This document shows, one piece after another, positions 39,861 through 56,516 of a stretch of DNA of 64,000 bases. Origin of the DNA: Octopus sinensis (Eukaryota); contig NC_042997.1 in NCBI RefSeq assembly GCF_006345805.1, positions 58,404,001 through 58,468,000 on the forward strand. Direction: 5' to 3'. A program made the translations under genes and the position numbers. A model generated the notes under the pieces. It saw only the letters and a list, made by a program, of their open reading frames with translations. It did not search any database and had not been told where the DNA came from. Position 1 is the stretch's first letter. Every line of letters begins with the position of its first letter.

Positions 39861-40149
39861 GAATTGATACCTACCTCATTGTGTTCAATCATTGATAAAT
39901 TTATCGCCTGTGAATATGAAATTCCTCTTCATTTCTCTGGAAATTTACATCTACACCATTGGAAATTGTGCATCTATACAAAGGATTATTTCACCCTCTT
40001 TGTAATGCTAATAAGCAGGAATTGAGACCCACCTCGTTGTGATTAACAATGGATAAATTTGTCTTCTGTGAGTATGTAATCCCTCATCATATCTCTGGAA
40101 ATCATATGTGCAACTATTGATTAGGTCACCTTCTCTGTGATGCTATTAA
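39861..40149 (+). repeat. Diverged 158-bp tandem repeat in the PLE 3' region
   Basis: GAATTGA.ACC.ACCTC.TTGTG at 39861 and 40019. Confidence 0.7.
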
Positions 40150-40293
40150 AACTTTTTTAAATTCTGTGATAAGACTGTACATCATCTTTAAAGAACTTTA
40201 ATGAACTTTGGAAATCTGTTATGTTACTTAATTATCTACATTACTTCATGAGTATAGCCTCAACCACTAGGATGTCTAGAGAACTCACATGTA

Positions 40294-40384
40294 TTTTAGC
40301 TGATGAGTACGGGACACGTTTATATGCTGTAATTTTTACAACTTTTAATAAAGCCTGTCCTTGTATGAAACGATTGTACTAAAA
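40294..40384 (+). ncRNA. Type I hammerhead ribozyme in the PLE terminal repeat
   Basis: ttttag-CTGATGA-gtacgggaca(loop)tgtccttgtat-GAAA-cgattg-TA-ctaaaa; minimal stem III, GUA triplet. Confidence 0.9.
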
Positions 40385-40434
40385 ACCTATCCATTCTTGT
40401 TGCTTCTTTCTCGCGTATATATTATATATATATA

Positions 40435-40523
<89 letters not shown>

Positions 40524-40559
40524 TGTATAATATATATACATGTACATAACATGTATGTG

Positions 40560-40590
<31 letters not shown>

Positions 40591-40635
40591 GCATGTATTA
40601 TATATAATGTACATACATGTATGTGTATGATATCT

Positions 40636-40673
<38 letters not shown>

Positions 40674-41017
40674 ATAATATATATATATATATATATATTA
40701 TATAATTATATATATATAATATAATATGAATATATATACCGTTGCTATTATGTTAAACTGTCGTATGTTCAAATTAGCCAAATGCATTTTTTCAATATTA
40801 TTTTTGCTTGCAATAGCCGGTTCTTTTGGTCAAACTATCGTGTCTTCAGCTACTCTATATGTCAAGATATTAAAAATTGTCAAAGTGTTGTACAACGGTT
40901 CTGCTATGGAATAATGAAACTATCTATATTTTCATTTTCTGAAAAAGCAACGTTTTGAACTTACGACACTTTTGCATAATAGCAAATATATATATATCTA
41001 TACACACACACACACAT

Positions 41018-41053
<36 letters not shown>

Positions 41054-41896
41054 GTATATATGCGTATACATATATATGTATATATATATATATATATATA
41101 TGTATACACATATACACACACATATATATATAATGTGAATACACACACACATACAATATATATATATATTGTAAAGAGAAGAGAAGTAAAACAAAAAGTC
41201 CGATGAAAAATCTGATACTACATGTAAATCAATATGAACAATTATAAAAGGAACGGGTAGCAACAGAGTTTAAACGTGTACGTAAGAATCCTAACAATAT
41301 ACTGCAAATATGGAAGAAAAAACAAATGATTAAATAAAAGTGAAAACCAGAAAAAAAAATTCAAGACTAAAAAGTGAAAAGCAAAAATGAAAATCGATGT
41401 AACAAGAACAACTGACGTCCAACATGTTTACTTCTATGAAGTGCCAGTTGGAAGGACTAAACTTCACAAACAGAAGAAAAGCAATCAAATATTTGAAATA
41501 GAAGTGGGAGAATATTGGAATAAAATGCAGTCTTGAAGCATAAAATAAACTCAAATTGAAGCTTATTTGAACTACTCCAAGCACTATATGGCCATAAGCA
41601 TACGATGCGTCACTACATTGTTATGAAACTACAGGTAGATTAGAATAAAGTTTATCTCGACTTAAGCAGCTGAGTCGCTATCAAGGTACACATTTCCAGT
41701 CTTGTGGACTCAAAACAACGCGAAATGCAGCACCTTTCTCTAGGGGAAACACACCACCAGATCTGGGGATTGAATCCACGAAGTAATGATCGCGAGTCAA
41801 ACATCCCAGCCGCGCATCCTCACATTACATTACGCTACTCTCTACTAAACTCCATTACGTTACACTCTACTGCACTACTCAACGTTTCACTATTTT

Positions 41897-42318
41897 AGCT
41901 TCAAAATTTGGCACAAGGCCAGCACGTTAGGAAGAAGAGTTAAGTCGATTAGATTAAACTCCAGTGCTCTATTGGTACTTATTTTATGGAACCCGAAAAG
42001 ACGAAAGGCAAAGACGACCTCAGGGAATTCGAAGTGAGATCGTGAAGACGGACGAAATGCCGCTCAGCAATTTGCCTGGCGTGCTAACAATTATTTCACT
42101 ATACTAGTTTCAAATTGTGGCACAAGGCCAGTAATTTCAAGTGAGGGACTAAATCAATTACATCGACCTCAGTGCTCAATTGGTACTCATTTTATCGAAC
42201 TTGAAAGGATGAAAGGCTAAGTCGATCTCGGCGAATTTGAACTCAGATCGTAAAGCCGGACGAAATGCCGCTAAGCAATTTGTCTGGCGTGCTAACAATT
42301 ATGTCAAATCGTCGCCTT
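41897..42318 (-). mobile_element. SINE family B, two adjacent copies
   Basis: Repeated GAAAGGC.AAG.CGA.CTC..GGACGAAATGCCGCT.AGCAATTTG.CTGGCGTGCTAAC. Confidence 0.7.
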
Positions 42319-43211
42319 ACTATGTATCACTACATTGCCTTCTACTTTACACATACACGCAGGCACACATACAACCCCCCAACACACACACACACTCACG
42401 CACGCACACACAGAGTCTATAAAATCCAAAATTTTAAATTTACTTCAGATATGTAAAAGACAGAAGCAAACTATAAAATTCACAGTTCAAATCTTACGAA
42501 TGACTTCGCTTTGTATTTCTTCAGGGTCGGCCAAAATAGGTATCGTATCAAAATAGGTATCGTGTACTTGGGTACACTTAATCGACTATACCTTTTCCTA
42601 CTGTAGGAAATAGTTTGTATATGTGTGTGTGTGTGTTTGAGAGGAGGAGAGAAGGAGAGATTTGGTTGTTAATTCTAGAAGATCAAGTAAGTTTAAGAGC
42701 AACGTCAGATGGACAATTACACACTAAATTTCACACGCTGTCAAAATCAGAACAAGAGTTGAGTTGGTGACAGTCTCAGCAGGGTCACAGTGATACAAGA
42801 TACGAACTGACAACCGCTGGGCGAGAAAACTGACGCACAGGCAACTCGGTCATCTGCAGTTACTATAAATTATTACAGCCATAACAGTTACTATAAATTA
42901 TGGGCCAATTATCATCATGCATCATTAACCTCTTCCTTTTTGTCCAAATCGTGATCGCCTCCTCACGATCGCTGTGGTAGTCGTCATTATCACCCTAGTC
43001 GTCGTCGCCGTTGTCGTTGTCATTGTCCATCGCGCCGCCGCCGCCGCCGCCGCCACCACCACCATCACCACTACCACCACCACCACCACCACCACCACCA
43101 CCGCCGCCGCCATTTAAGGTAGTTTCTTGCTGCTTGTTTTGCCAATTATTTAGTTTAATACCATAGTGCCAACCGTACACACACGCGCGCGCACGCACAC
43201 ACACACACACC

Positions 43212-43251
<40 letters not shown>

Positions 43252-44495
43252 AAAACACGCTCACGCGCACCCGTTCCCGCTTATCTATCTATCTATCTAT
43301 CTATCTCTACCTACCTACCTATCTACCTACCTACCTACTCACCTATCATTCTCTTTCTCTCGCCATCTATCTACCTATCTTCCTACCTACTTACCTACCT
43401 GCCTACATACCTACCAACCTACCTGCCTATCTCTCTCTTTTTCTTTCTATCTATCTATCTATCTATCTATTTGTCTGTCTGTCTGTCTATTTATTTACCT
43501 ACCTATCTACCTACTTACGAACCTATCTACCTACCTCCCCCTCCCTCTCTACTACCTCTCTCTCTCTACATCCCTACCTACCTACCTACCTACCTTCCTA
43601 CCTACCTACCACCACCACCACCACCATCACCACCACTACCACCATGTCACCACCTCCACCACTACAGCCACCGACACACTACAACCACCGCCAACACCCC
43701 ACCGCCATCGCTGCCACCACAACAGGTTTATCGGCAATACTATCATTATTACTGACCGACTACTACCTTGAGCCATTACCTCTACTACCACTGCTGCTGC
43801 AACTCCTCTGCCCCGACTACTTTCCATTTTTTTCCCACCCGCCCTATCGCAATGACTATCAGTACTCATATTTGTCAACATCATAATGAGCACTAATATC
43901 TTCATCACTTACATCATCATCAGCATCACCACTACGCAATCATCAAGTACCAGCCGTGATAACCCCGACTACATTACAGTTGTCACTACCGACTCCAACA
44001 CCACCGAAAATTCGATATCAAACGAATATTCAAACACCATCTGTGAAAATAAAGAAAGCAGTATTGACAGATACCTAACGCTTAGGTTAACTTGGGTAGC
44101 AAATGAAAAATGGTTCTGTAGAATATATGTTGCTTCGAGTGTCAAAACTGCACCCGGCGCACTCTGTTAATTACTGCTGAGAGATTTATGGGGTTTTTTC
44201 AACACGTTGTTACTTCATCCTTTGGCTCGCACGAAGCTCTGACAGATTATCCGTTAAAAGTAAGATTGATTTCCTTCCTTCCCACACGTGTGCGTATTGT
44301 GAGTGTGCGTGTGTGTGTGTGTGTGTATGTGTGGGTGTTAGCATGTGCGCGCGCTGTGAGGAAACCTGTCGTGTGTGTGCGTGTGCGTGTATATATATAT
44401 ATGTATGTAAGTGTATGTATATATTTTTTTATTCTTTTACTTGCTTCAGATATTTGACTGCGGCCATGCTGGAGCACTGCCTTGGTATATATATA

Positions 44496-45669
<1,174 letters not shown>

Positions 45670-45726
45670 CACTCTTTCTTTCATATCTTATCTAGAATAA
45701 CTATTGCTTAACCATTTTCTCACACC

Positions 45727-45774
45727 GTTTCCGATGAAGGGATGTATAAAATATCCCGGAAACAGCTGTAAGAC
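45727..45774 (+). ncRNA. Type I hammerhead motif (C4 variant) in a short PLE-type fragment (about 45670-45835)
   Basis: gttt-CCGATGA-a-gggat(gtataaaat)atccc-g-GAA-ACAGCTGT-A-agac; the fragment ends in (TA)n. Confidence 0.75.
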
Positions 45775-45830
45775 CTATTTATAAATGTTCTGAAATCTTT
45801 ACAGCCTTGGATCTTTATCTCATTCTGTTA

Positions 45831-45891
<61 letters not shown>

Positions 45892-47696
45892 CGTGCGCGT
45901 GTGCTTGTGTTGGTTCCCTATCACCTCTTAACAACTGTTTATGTCCCTGTAACCTAGCCGTTCGGCAAAAAACATAAGTACTGGAGTCAATTTGTTTGAT
46001 TTAAACCTTTTAACGTGGTGTCTCACTATGGCCACAATCTATAATATATATATATAAATTGTGGTTTCGATTCCTGGACCAGGTGATGCGTTGTTTTCTT
46101 GAACGCTTCATTTCACGTTGCTCCAGCCCACTCAGCTGTAGAAACGAGTACCACTAGTGGAGGCGCATCGCTTAGGGGTTAGGTATTGAATTCATGACCG
46201 TATTATTGTAGTTTCCATCCGTGGACCGGGCGATCCCTTGTATTCTTGAGCAAACACACTTCATTTCACGTTGCTCCAGTTCACTCAGCCGTAGAAATGA
46301 GTTTAACCTGGCGAGGGATGGACTCCGCCAGACTTTCTTACCCAAGATACGCTGCATGGCTGCAGTGTCTCAACGTCCTCCAAAGGGTTAAGGGTCTTGT
46401 CAATACAACGGGCATTTTTCAGTTTCTGTCTACCAAATTCACCAACAAGGCACTGATTAAGGTCCAAAACCGGCAATTTTTGTAGAAGGGAGTTAATCAT
46501 TTCTATCGCCCCACCAATCCTTAGTTGAAATTAAGTACTTATTCTAGTACTAGAATCTATTGTATCAACTCCTCTTCCTCCTCCTCCTACTCCAAAATTG
46601 CTGGCCTTGTGCCTAAATCAGAAACCATTGAAGGCGTTGAGTTGGCATAAACGTTCGAGTGTCGGAAGCAGTGTCTTGCGGTATTTGTTTCAGTTCTTTA
46701 CGTTCAGAATTTAAATCAACTTTCACTGTCATCCTTTCGAGGTCGAAAGAACTAGTCAAATTCTGGGCCGCAATATTGCTAGCCTTGAACCTAAATGAGG
46801 AAGAATTATTACTGTTTTTGGTTTCTGATTTGGGCACAAGGACAGCATATTTTTAGGGAAGGAATTTAATTGATTCCATCGTCCTCAGTGTTTTATAATA
46901 TAAAATTTACCAGTTCTGTACCAGGGGTGATATATCGATTAACCCCTTTCCTTAAAACTATTGGCCTTTTACCTAAACCAGAAACTTATACCGAAGGGAG
47001 AGAACTAGCGGAGTCATCAGAACTTTAGAAAAATATTTTGCTGCTTTTCTTCTGGCTCTCTACGTTTAAGTCCCACCGCAGTCACCTTTATCCTTTCATC
47101 CCAGTCGACACACATCTCGCCACCACACTTTCTGGGTTTCTTCCTAAACCAGGAACTATTATGATTCTACCAATTTTAAACCTAGTTCTTGTGAAACGAA
47201 GCAATCGTTTGGGGTTAAAATAACGACATAACAGCAGAAATATTTCATATATATATATATATATTTTTATTAGCATCACAATTTTCTTTTCAATTTTTAA
47301 ATAATATTTAACTTATAAACACAAAATGACATTTGTACAGAATATTCTTGAATAGAAAATATACAACATCAAATTATATAGATAAAGAAAAAATGAACAA
47401 AATACATCAATTTATATAGAGTGGGTAAAACAGTCGAAGTTTATACTTCCAATCAATGTTAACAAACCAAACTTTTGTGAGGTTTACCAAATTAATGTTT
47501 GAATATTATATGGCTTTCTCAAAACGTTACATGTTATTTCTATCTCTCTCGCTCTCATCACACGAAAAATATTTCTCCAGGCACTAAGAGAGGGCTGGTA
47601 AAGATTCTTTTCCTTTTTTATATTTGTTTATTTGTACATAAATTTCAGCTGTCCTTTTCTTTATGTTAGTTAACAATGGAAAACAATGAATTCAAT

Positions 47697-48711
<1,015 letters not shown>

Positions 48712-48807
48712 ATCAATTTGTTCTAGATTAGCAAAGAACTCCGTGTATGCTGACGGCAGGGTCCGGGGCTATTGTAACCCATGGTTGTGTTCCCATTTAG
48801 ACTGTTT

Positions 48808-49110
48808 TTTTTTTCTACACGGAGTGATATACAAGTCAAGGTATAAATTGTTACATATTGAAGTAAATTCGACTTATAGCTGTTTATTGATCATTTTTCT
48901 CAACCTGTTCATTGATCGTTTAAGAAAAACTGAACGACGTTAACGAACTGATGGTATCCTCATCAGAGAATAGTATCCAAAATACAATAACTGATGAGGA
49001 TATAACATTAGTTCTTTAAAAACCAGGTGTAAGTCGAATTTACTACAATAAAGGAATTTGTAATGACTATTATTTATACCTTGTCTTATATATATAAATT
49101 CTCGTATATT
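48808..49110. mobile_element. Old divergent inverted cassette with two decayed HHR cores
   Basis: ATCCTCATCAG (about 48955) / CTGATGAGGAT (48990); AGTAAATTCGACTTA / TAAGTCGAATTTACT and CAAGGTATAAAT / ATTTATACCTTG arms. Confidence 0.55.
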
Positions 49111-49129
49111 CCATTTCCCGTCTTTCATT

Positions 49130-49180
<51 letters not shown>

Positions 49181-50350
49181 TTGTATATATGGATATGTAT
49201 ATATTTACGTATGTATATCTATGTATATAGTGTGTGAATATGCGTGTGTATAAAACTCTATGGCACTCAATGACAAGCGGAAATATGCTGATAAATGAAT
49301 TACAAAAGCGAAGTAAGCTATGTGTTCTATGCATACTTGTCGCAGTCGTAGTAATTCGGAATTTTACAAGTATATTAGGAATACCACTATTTATAATCTT
49401 TTGTAATAGAGCCACAATGTCAGCAATTTTGAGAGCAGAAATTGGTGGGATACCATCGACCCTAGTACTTGACCTAGTACATACGGTTGGTTCTTTATTT
49501 ATCGACGCTGAGGGGCTGAAACGCAAAGCTGACTTTAGCGGCATTTGAAGTAAGAACGTAAGCTGTAACTAGATATTGGCTTCAAATTTTGGCACAAGGC
49601 CAGCAAGTTCGGGTAAGCGGGAAAGTCGATTATATCGCCCTCAGTGCTCAGCTGTTTATTATTTTATCGACTTCAAAAGCGATGAAAGGTGAAGTCGACT
49701 TCAACGGAATTTGAAATCAGAACGTAAAGACAGACGAAATGACACTAATCAATTTACCCAGCGTGCTAACGTTTCTCATTTATAGTCATTACAAAAAAGA
49801 ATGATACCGAAGGAATTCTGTAAAGACACCGATAGGTGACATATAAGTATAGATGTAGACACGTTCCCAAAAAGCAACGCAAACAGCAGGTCTATAATTT
49901 TTAGAACATTCTCTCTGTAAACATTTGTTAACACAATAAATTTGTGTGCGCATCTTCCAACTTGTAAGTATTCTTTATGATAAGGAAACTCTAAATGTAA
50001 ATTTCGAATTATAGGTATATAGTTCATAACTGATATAAAATGGAATCTTTCTTACTTTCTTGTAATTTAGTCCAGCGTTTAAGGATTTTAATTCCACATT
50101 TTATATGATTGTCTATTTTAGATATTATTTGTTTCATTGTTTTTATTCATTTGATATCATAATGGATTGGGAATAGGGATTCACCGAGTCAAACAGAACT
50201 CAGCTGTTAACTAATGGAGTAAACATACGTTCTCTCACTTCACGTCTCTTATCTGGTCATCCATCCATCCGTCCGTCCATCCGTCCGTCCGTCCATCCGT
50301 CCATCCATCCGTCCGTCCGTCCGTCCGTCCATCCATATATACGTACGTAC

Positions 50351-50381
<31 letters not shown>

Positions 50382-50461
50382 TGTATGTATGTATGTATGT
50401 ATGTATGTATGTATGTATGTATGTATGGATGGATGGATGTATGTATGTATGTATGTATGTA

Positions 50462-50524
<63 letters not shown>

Positions 50525-50547
50525 TTCTGTGTGGGTGAGTGGATTTG

Positions 50548-50745
50548 TGGAGGCACGTAGCTTGGTGGTTTGGATGTTGAACTTATGATCGTAAGTTTTG
50601 ATTCCTGAACCGGACAACACGCTGTGTTCTTGAGCAAAACACTTTCATGTTGCTCCTGACTCTCTGAGCTGGTAAAAATGAGTAGTTCTGCGACAGATCG
50701 GCATCCTGTCCAAGGGGGAATATATACGTCTATATGACTCACGAA
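50548..50745 (+). mobile_element. tRNA-derived SINE family C (V-domain-like)
   Basis: TGGAGGCACGTAGCTTGGTGG head and TGTGTTCTTGAGCAAAACACTT domain. Confidence 0.65.
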
Positions 50746-50766
50746 GGATCCTTATCCTTTGTTCTT

Positions 50767-50797
<31 letters not shown>

Positions 50798-51696
50798 CTA
50801 TCTATCTCTCTCTCCCTCGCTATATATATATATATATATATATATCCTCTCTCTCTCTTTCTCTCTCTCCCTCTCTCGTATATACACATTGCGCATGTGT
50901 GTATATATTGCGCGCGCGTGTTTACATAAATATGTATTTATGTACATATATGTTTATATGTGTATACATGTATATGAATATTTATGTATGCATGTATAGA
51001 TGCATACACACAAACATGTATGTATGTTATATATATATGCATGTATGTATTGTGTGTTCTTGATTGAATAGGAGGTTTGTTATAAAAAGTAGATCGGAGT
51101 AGAAATGTGGTAAGCTATAATAGAGAATGGTGAAGTGAAGCTGATGCAGAAAAAAGGAATGTTTATAGAGAAGGAATTAAATAGGAAATAGAAAAGGTTG
51201 GAAGTTCCTCCGAGGAAAGAAGAATTGACATTTATTCTACTTCTTTGTTTTCAGACCCAATTATATTAGCCACTATTCTTTGGTATATATGGAAACTTAA
51301 TATAATGTTTATCACCTACTTTTCTGACGTTAAACAGTTATTAGAAATGTCTATATGTATGCATACTCTCTTTTCCTAAATTAGCCTTATTTCTGCAACC
51401 ACAACATTGTGGACAGTTCCATATTCTTTATGGTAGAAAGCAAGCCGTTGGCGACTCCATTGTCATGTTGCAAATATAGTTATCCCATTCCAAATTACTT
51501 TGAAGAAAAAAAAAAACTTAAATTTTTCAGGTTCTGCCGATTCTTATTGTCGCACGTTGTTTCTGGAGGTAATTTTTGGAAGATAGGTGTAGAAAATCAT
51601 GTGAAAAATGATTTAGTCACAAGCATGATATGAAACTATCCTTTGACTGACAATTCAGTATCTCTAGCAACTCTACCAAACCATGTCTATACTGTT

Positions 51697-51909
51697 GATT
51701 TCAAATTTTGGCACATGGCCACCAAGTTCTGGGGAGGGAGACAGTCGATTACTCCGACCCCAGTACTTAACAGGTATTTATTTTATCGAACGCGAAAGGA
51801 TGTAAGATAAAGTCGACCTTGGCGTATTTTGAACTCAGAACGTAAAGACAGACGAAATGCTGCTAAGCATTTTGCCTGGCGCACTAACAATTCTGCCAAC
51901 TCGCCGCCT
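51697..51909 (-). mobile_element. SINE family B copy
   Basis: Full family B reverse complement ending ...TCGCCGCC. Confidence 0.8.
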
Positions 51910-52716
51910 TAAGCATGTCTATAATGTTAAGCTATGACATTAAGTATAAATATAAACATTCATCACTGTCACTTCTTCATAGCTCTGTACACGTATTGAT
52001 ATCTTCATTTTGGAAAGCAGAGAAGCACCAGCAATCCGATCTCAGCATATTAATATTTTTATTTTTTTGATATTTTAAAAACATTTGAATTTCTTTCTCT
52101 TAGAAAATAGTGAGAAGAGAAATAGGGAAACAAAAACAATGACAACGAATAGCACAAAACTCTACTAAAATTGTTCAGAGTTTACATCTGATAGGCAGCA
52201 ATTAACTGCCGGACGAGAAAAAGCATTCCATTATATCATAAAATTAAACAGGAAATCAAGTTTCATTACAAAACCCAATATATATATATAAAGAAGAAAA
52301 CTGGAAATTGAAATTTTTGGCAGCGATTGCTGATGGAGAGAGCCCTTGATTTTAATTAATTATTAAAATAAGAACGAGCAAATTTTCTATACAATGATAT
52401 TGCATTATTACAAGATTCCCAGCTCCTGGTGCGAGGATTTGGTTTCTAAAATACATTTAAGTATACGACTCCGCAAGCATGAATTCCATTATTTCAATAA
52501 AGACCGAGTTTCATGGATCGAAGGTACAATATGAAAGTATTCTTTCTAAAACTTATCGACCGTCTTAAAAGATTTAGTTTCGTGAATATCCACCCGTCTC
52601 GAGGATAATAATGTCGAGAATGAACAAAAAATCGATTTTTTAAAATGCTGATGTGAGTGATATAAAATGTATGTTTAATGAAGTTATTTGCAATTCTATG
52701 CAATTCGATATGTTAA

Positions 52717-53109
52717 TATTGGTTTCAAATTTGGCACAAGGTCAGCAGAATCGGGAGAGGAGTGGGTCGATAACATCGACCCCCACCCCAGTGATTAACT
52801 GGTGCCTATTTTATCGACACTGAAAGGATGGAAGGCAAAGTCGGTCTCGGCGGAATTTGAACTCAGAAAGTAAAGACGGACGAAATTCTGCTAAACATTT
52901 TGTCCGGTGTGCTAACGAGCCTGCCAGCTCGCCGCCTTTATCTCTATGTTAATATAGTACCTACTTTTTCAAATTTCACCGAAGTCAACTTTGCCTTTCA
53001 TCCTTTCGGGGTCGATAAAATAAGTACCAGTTGAGCACTGGGGTTCGATGTAATCGACTTAGCCCCTCCCCCAGAATTGCTGGCCTTGTACCAAAATTTG
53101 AAACCAATA
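52717..53109. mobile_element. Head-to-head pair of SINE B copies (52717-52937 minus; 52968-53109 plus)
   Basis: ATATTGGTTTCAAATTTGGCACAAGG ... CCTTGTACCAAAATTTGAAACCAATAT. Confidence 0.75.
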
Positions 53110-53239
53110 TAAAACCTGCTCTGTGTTATTTATTGATTTCACCTCATAGCAGAGTAGTTTAAAGTAGATAGAAAGCCAAGAGAAGTGGATCCAAGTATTT
53201 AGTCCTAATGATCTAGTGGTGTTTTGAACAAAAAAAAAA

Positions 53240-53487
53240 GTTACCTTCTCGTGTCATGCCGACTCTTAAGGGCCGGTTTCCCGGTTTCCATGGCGTATAA
53301 ATTTTCCACCTAGAAAGGGACGCCGGTCCGTCGCCGGATTACTCATTTTTGCTAGCTGGGTTGTACTGGAGAAACGTGAAATGAAGTATTTTGCTCAAGA
53401 ACACAACGTGTCGCCTGGTCCGGCAATCAAAACCACAATCTTACAATCAGAAGTCCAACTCCCTAACCACTAGGCCATGTGCCTCCA
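53240..53487 (-). mobile_element. SINE family C, most complete copy (others at about 41655-41822, 46158-46340, 58880-59026 and 59220-59326)
   Basis: Reverse complement TGGAGGCACATGGCCTAGTGGTTAGGG..GTTGTGTTCTTGAGCAAAATACTTCATTTCACG..GGAAACCGGGAAACCGGCCC. Confidence 0.75.
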
Positions 53488-53823
53488 CTTTCGAACCAAA
53501 GTTCGGCTCAGAACAGGCTTTTTGTCTCCGGTGATGTGATCACAAATGATACTTTAGAAGTGTCGGAAACGATTGGGTATCGGAGTAAACATCCTTCAGT
53601 ATTTAATTCTCATCCTCTACTTTCTCCGTTGAAATCTTGTTGAAATTTCAGAAACAAATGCTGTAAATGATTTAAACTACTTGGTTTGAAGCAATTGGTT
53701 AATAGACTCAGTTTACAACCATGTAGTTTCGTTTTCAGTATCTCTGCGCGGCACCTTGAGCAATCGTTTTCTACTATAGCCCCGGGCAGACCAACGCCTT
53801 GTCAGTTGAAATTCGTAGAAGGA

Positions 53824-53865
<42 letters not shown>

Positions 53866-56425
53866 TGTGTGTGTGTGTGCATCTGTGTTTGTACCCCTCC
53901 CACCCATTACATCATCGAAATATCAAAGCTATGAGATAATGCCCGATTATTTCAAAACAATGTGAATAAATAAGCTGGGTAATCTGAATACTAAAGGTTA
54001 AGAAATCAGCGATCTTATTTTGCTCACCAGATAAATGTTAACATCTAAAAAATCAATGCAGCTTTTCAAAATTCGGAAGGATGATATTCTCTAACTAGTT
54101 GGTTGAGACAGGTGACAAGATCTTCATAATCTATGATTAATAATATCTTTATTATTACTCCACAGCTCTCCCAAACAATATTTAAAGATAGCATAAAGAG
54201 AAACTAACATGATATTGCTTGGAAGAAATCTCGATCATCTTCGATGACACGACACTGTTTTAACTATAATTGTAACGATTTATCAAAGCGTAAAATTAGA
54301 TGTTTTTAGCTTAGACAATTTTATCAACTCTTATAGTTGTTAATTTTCTCGAACTGTGAAAGATGAAAGGCAAGGTCAGTTCTGGAATGATTTAAACACC
54401 GACTGTAAACAATCGCCATTTCATTAAGTTAACCGTAATAATTATATCGTTTTCGAGTTTCGGCGGCGAGCTGGCAGAATCGTTTCCAAACAGGAAAAAT
54501 GCCTTAAAGCATTTCTTCCGAATATACGTTCCGAGTTCGAATACTCAAAGGTCGACTTTGCCTTTTATCTTCTGGAATCGATAAATGAAGTACCTGTTGA
54601 ACACTGGGGTCAATGTAATCGACTTAACCCCTCCCTCGAAGTTGCTGGCCAAGTATCAAAATTAAAACCAATATTTTTCAGTGAGTTACATATGAAGGAC
54701 GGGATTAGTTAATCATAATATTTAAATAGTACATGGTTCATCGATCTTGGATGGACGAAATATCAGGACGACCAAGGTGAGTAGTGAAGTCAGGATATAA
54801 AGGGACGAAATTAAATACTGTAGTGTATTAGTCTCTATACTGATTATGATGTCAAGCACCGTCTTCTAAGATTATTGGACGAGGAGGATTATCGGTTATC
54901 TCGACTTCAGTTCTTGTTTTGGTATTTTATTTTATCAAGCCTCAGAAGAATTAAAAGTAAAACTGACTCGGGCGGAATTTGAACTCAACATAAAAGGATA
55001 TAACAAAACTACTGAAAAGCATTTTTACAGTAGCTCCGTAATTTTTTGCTACTCCATCTCTCTGAAAATAATTTCTAACTCAAGCACAAGGTCAGACATG
55101 TAGTTAGGGAAAATTATGCTGTTGCAGTGCTTGATTGGACTTAATTTTCTTGAACATGGAAGGATGCAAGACAAAATTCACTTCGGCTGGATTTAAATTT
55201 AAAGCGAAAAGACTTAGAATGAACGAAGCAGAGGAGTTTAACCGATACCCTAATGATTATGTTTATCCACTGTTTCCACCGACCTCATCGCCTTTAAAAT
55301 AATAATAATAATTCTAATACCAGTATTGCTTTTATAAATGATATTATTCCAAAGTTAATTAGAGATGATTATACCTTATTTCCTAAGAATTTCTTTAAAA
55401 GCAATTATACAAAAATTACGTTACCTGTCTCCTCATGTCATCCCACGTAATTCCTATTCTTAGCTAATTCATATCGGCGTGGATAATCTTGCCAATTTTA
55501 ATACTGGCTTCAAATTTTGGCGCAAGGCCTGAAATTTTAGGGTGGGGGTAGTTGATTGCTGAATTGATACTTATTTTATCAACCCAGAAAGGATGAAAAA
55601 TAAAGTCGATCTCGGTGGAGTTTGAACTCAGAGTTTGAACGTAACGACGGAGGAAATGCTGCTAAGCATTTTGCCTGGCGTGCTAAAACTTCGCCGCTTT
55701 AACTTTCCAATACTAATACTGAACCAACGGTTGAGTCTCTATATGCTCGCTTAATCTGCTAATGACTGTAGACGAACGCCTGTAGTCTTATTGTAAAGAC
55801 ACATGGGTTAATTTACTTCTTGATTTTGTTTTACTCTATCTGAAAGTGAAAGTCAAAGTAATCCCGGTTGGAATATATTTTATATCAGGTCTTCAGTATT
55901 TTAGAATTTATAAGTAACACATAATCTAAATGGTATAACATTTAAATTGACAGCTATTGCTTTGCACAACGCTCCTATATATCATAACCAACGCATTGGA
56001 TATCTGAAGATATTTGCAAACTTAGTTTTTGAAATGCAATGTTTACAGTCTGGAATATCATTAAAAGGCAGACTTATTTATTTTCCCATTAGAAAAGCTA
56101 TTTATATTTCAGATATTACTACTGAGGCATTAAGAAGCGGGTAATAAGTAGGGTGAAGTGTCCCTGCCATGTAATAAGTGGGAACCAATAATTCCAGGGT
56201 GGCTGCGTTTAGATAAAATTTTCCAAACTTTAGCTGACGTGGTACGTACTCTAAGAGATGGACAACTTCCGTAATATCAGTTCTGAAGTAGAATATTGGG
56301 CCACGGGACGGTAGGATCCTATTCGCAGGTGAGAGTGTCAGCCCAGAGAGAGTGTGCGAAAAATTAATATAAATACACACACACATGCATAAATACATGT
56401 ATATATATATATGTGTGTACATCTC

Positions 56426-56516
<91 letters not shown>

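Larger units (their letters stand above)
36594..40415 (+). mobile_element. 5'-truncated Penelope-like element, Naiad-type
   Basis: RT, linker and GIY-YIG pseudo-ORF, long 3' region and terminal HHR; bounded by (TA)n on both sides. Confidence 0.9.

Noticed and set aside
43166-43771. 201-aa His/Thr-rich ORF
   Set aside because: Built from CT, CTAT, CTAC and CAC simple repeats.
56004-56048. CTGAAGA...GAAA as a hammerhead
   Set aside because: No supporting helices.
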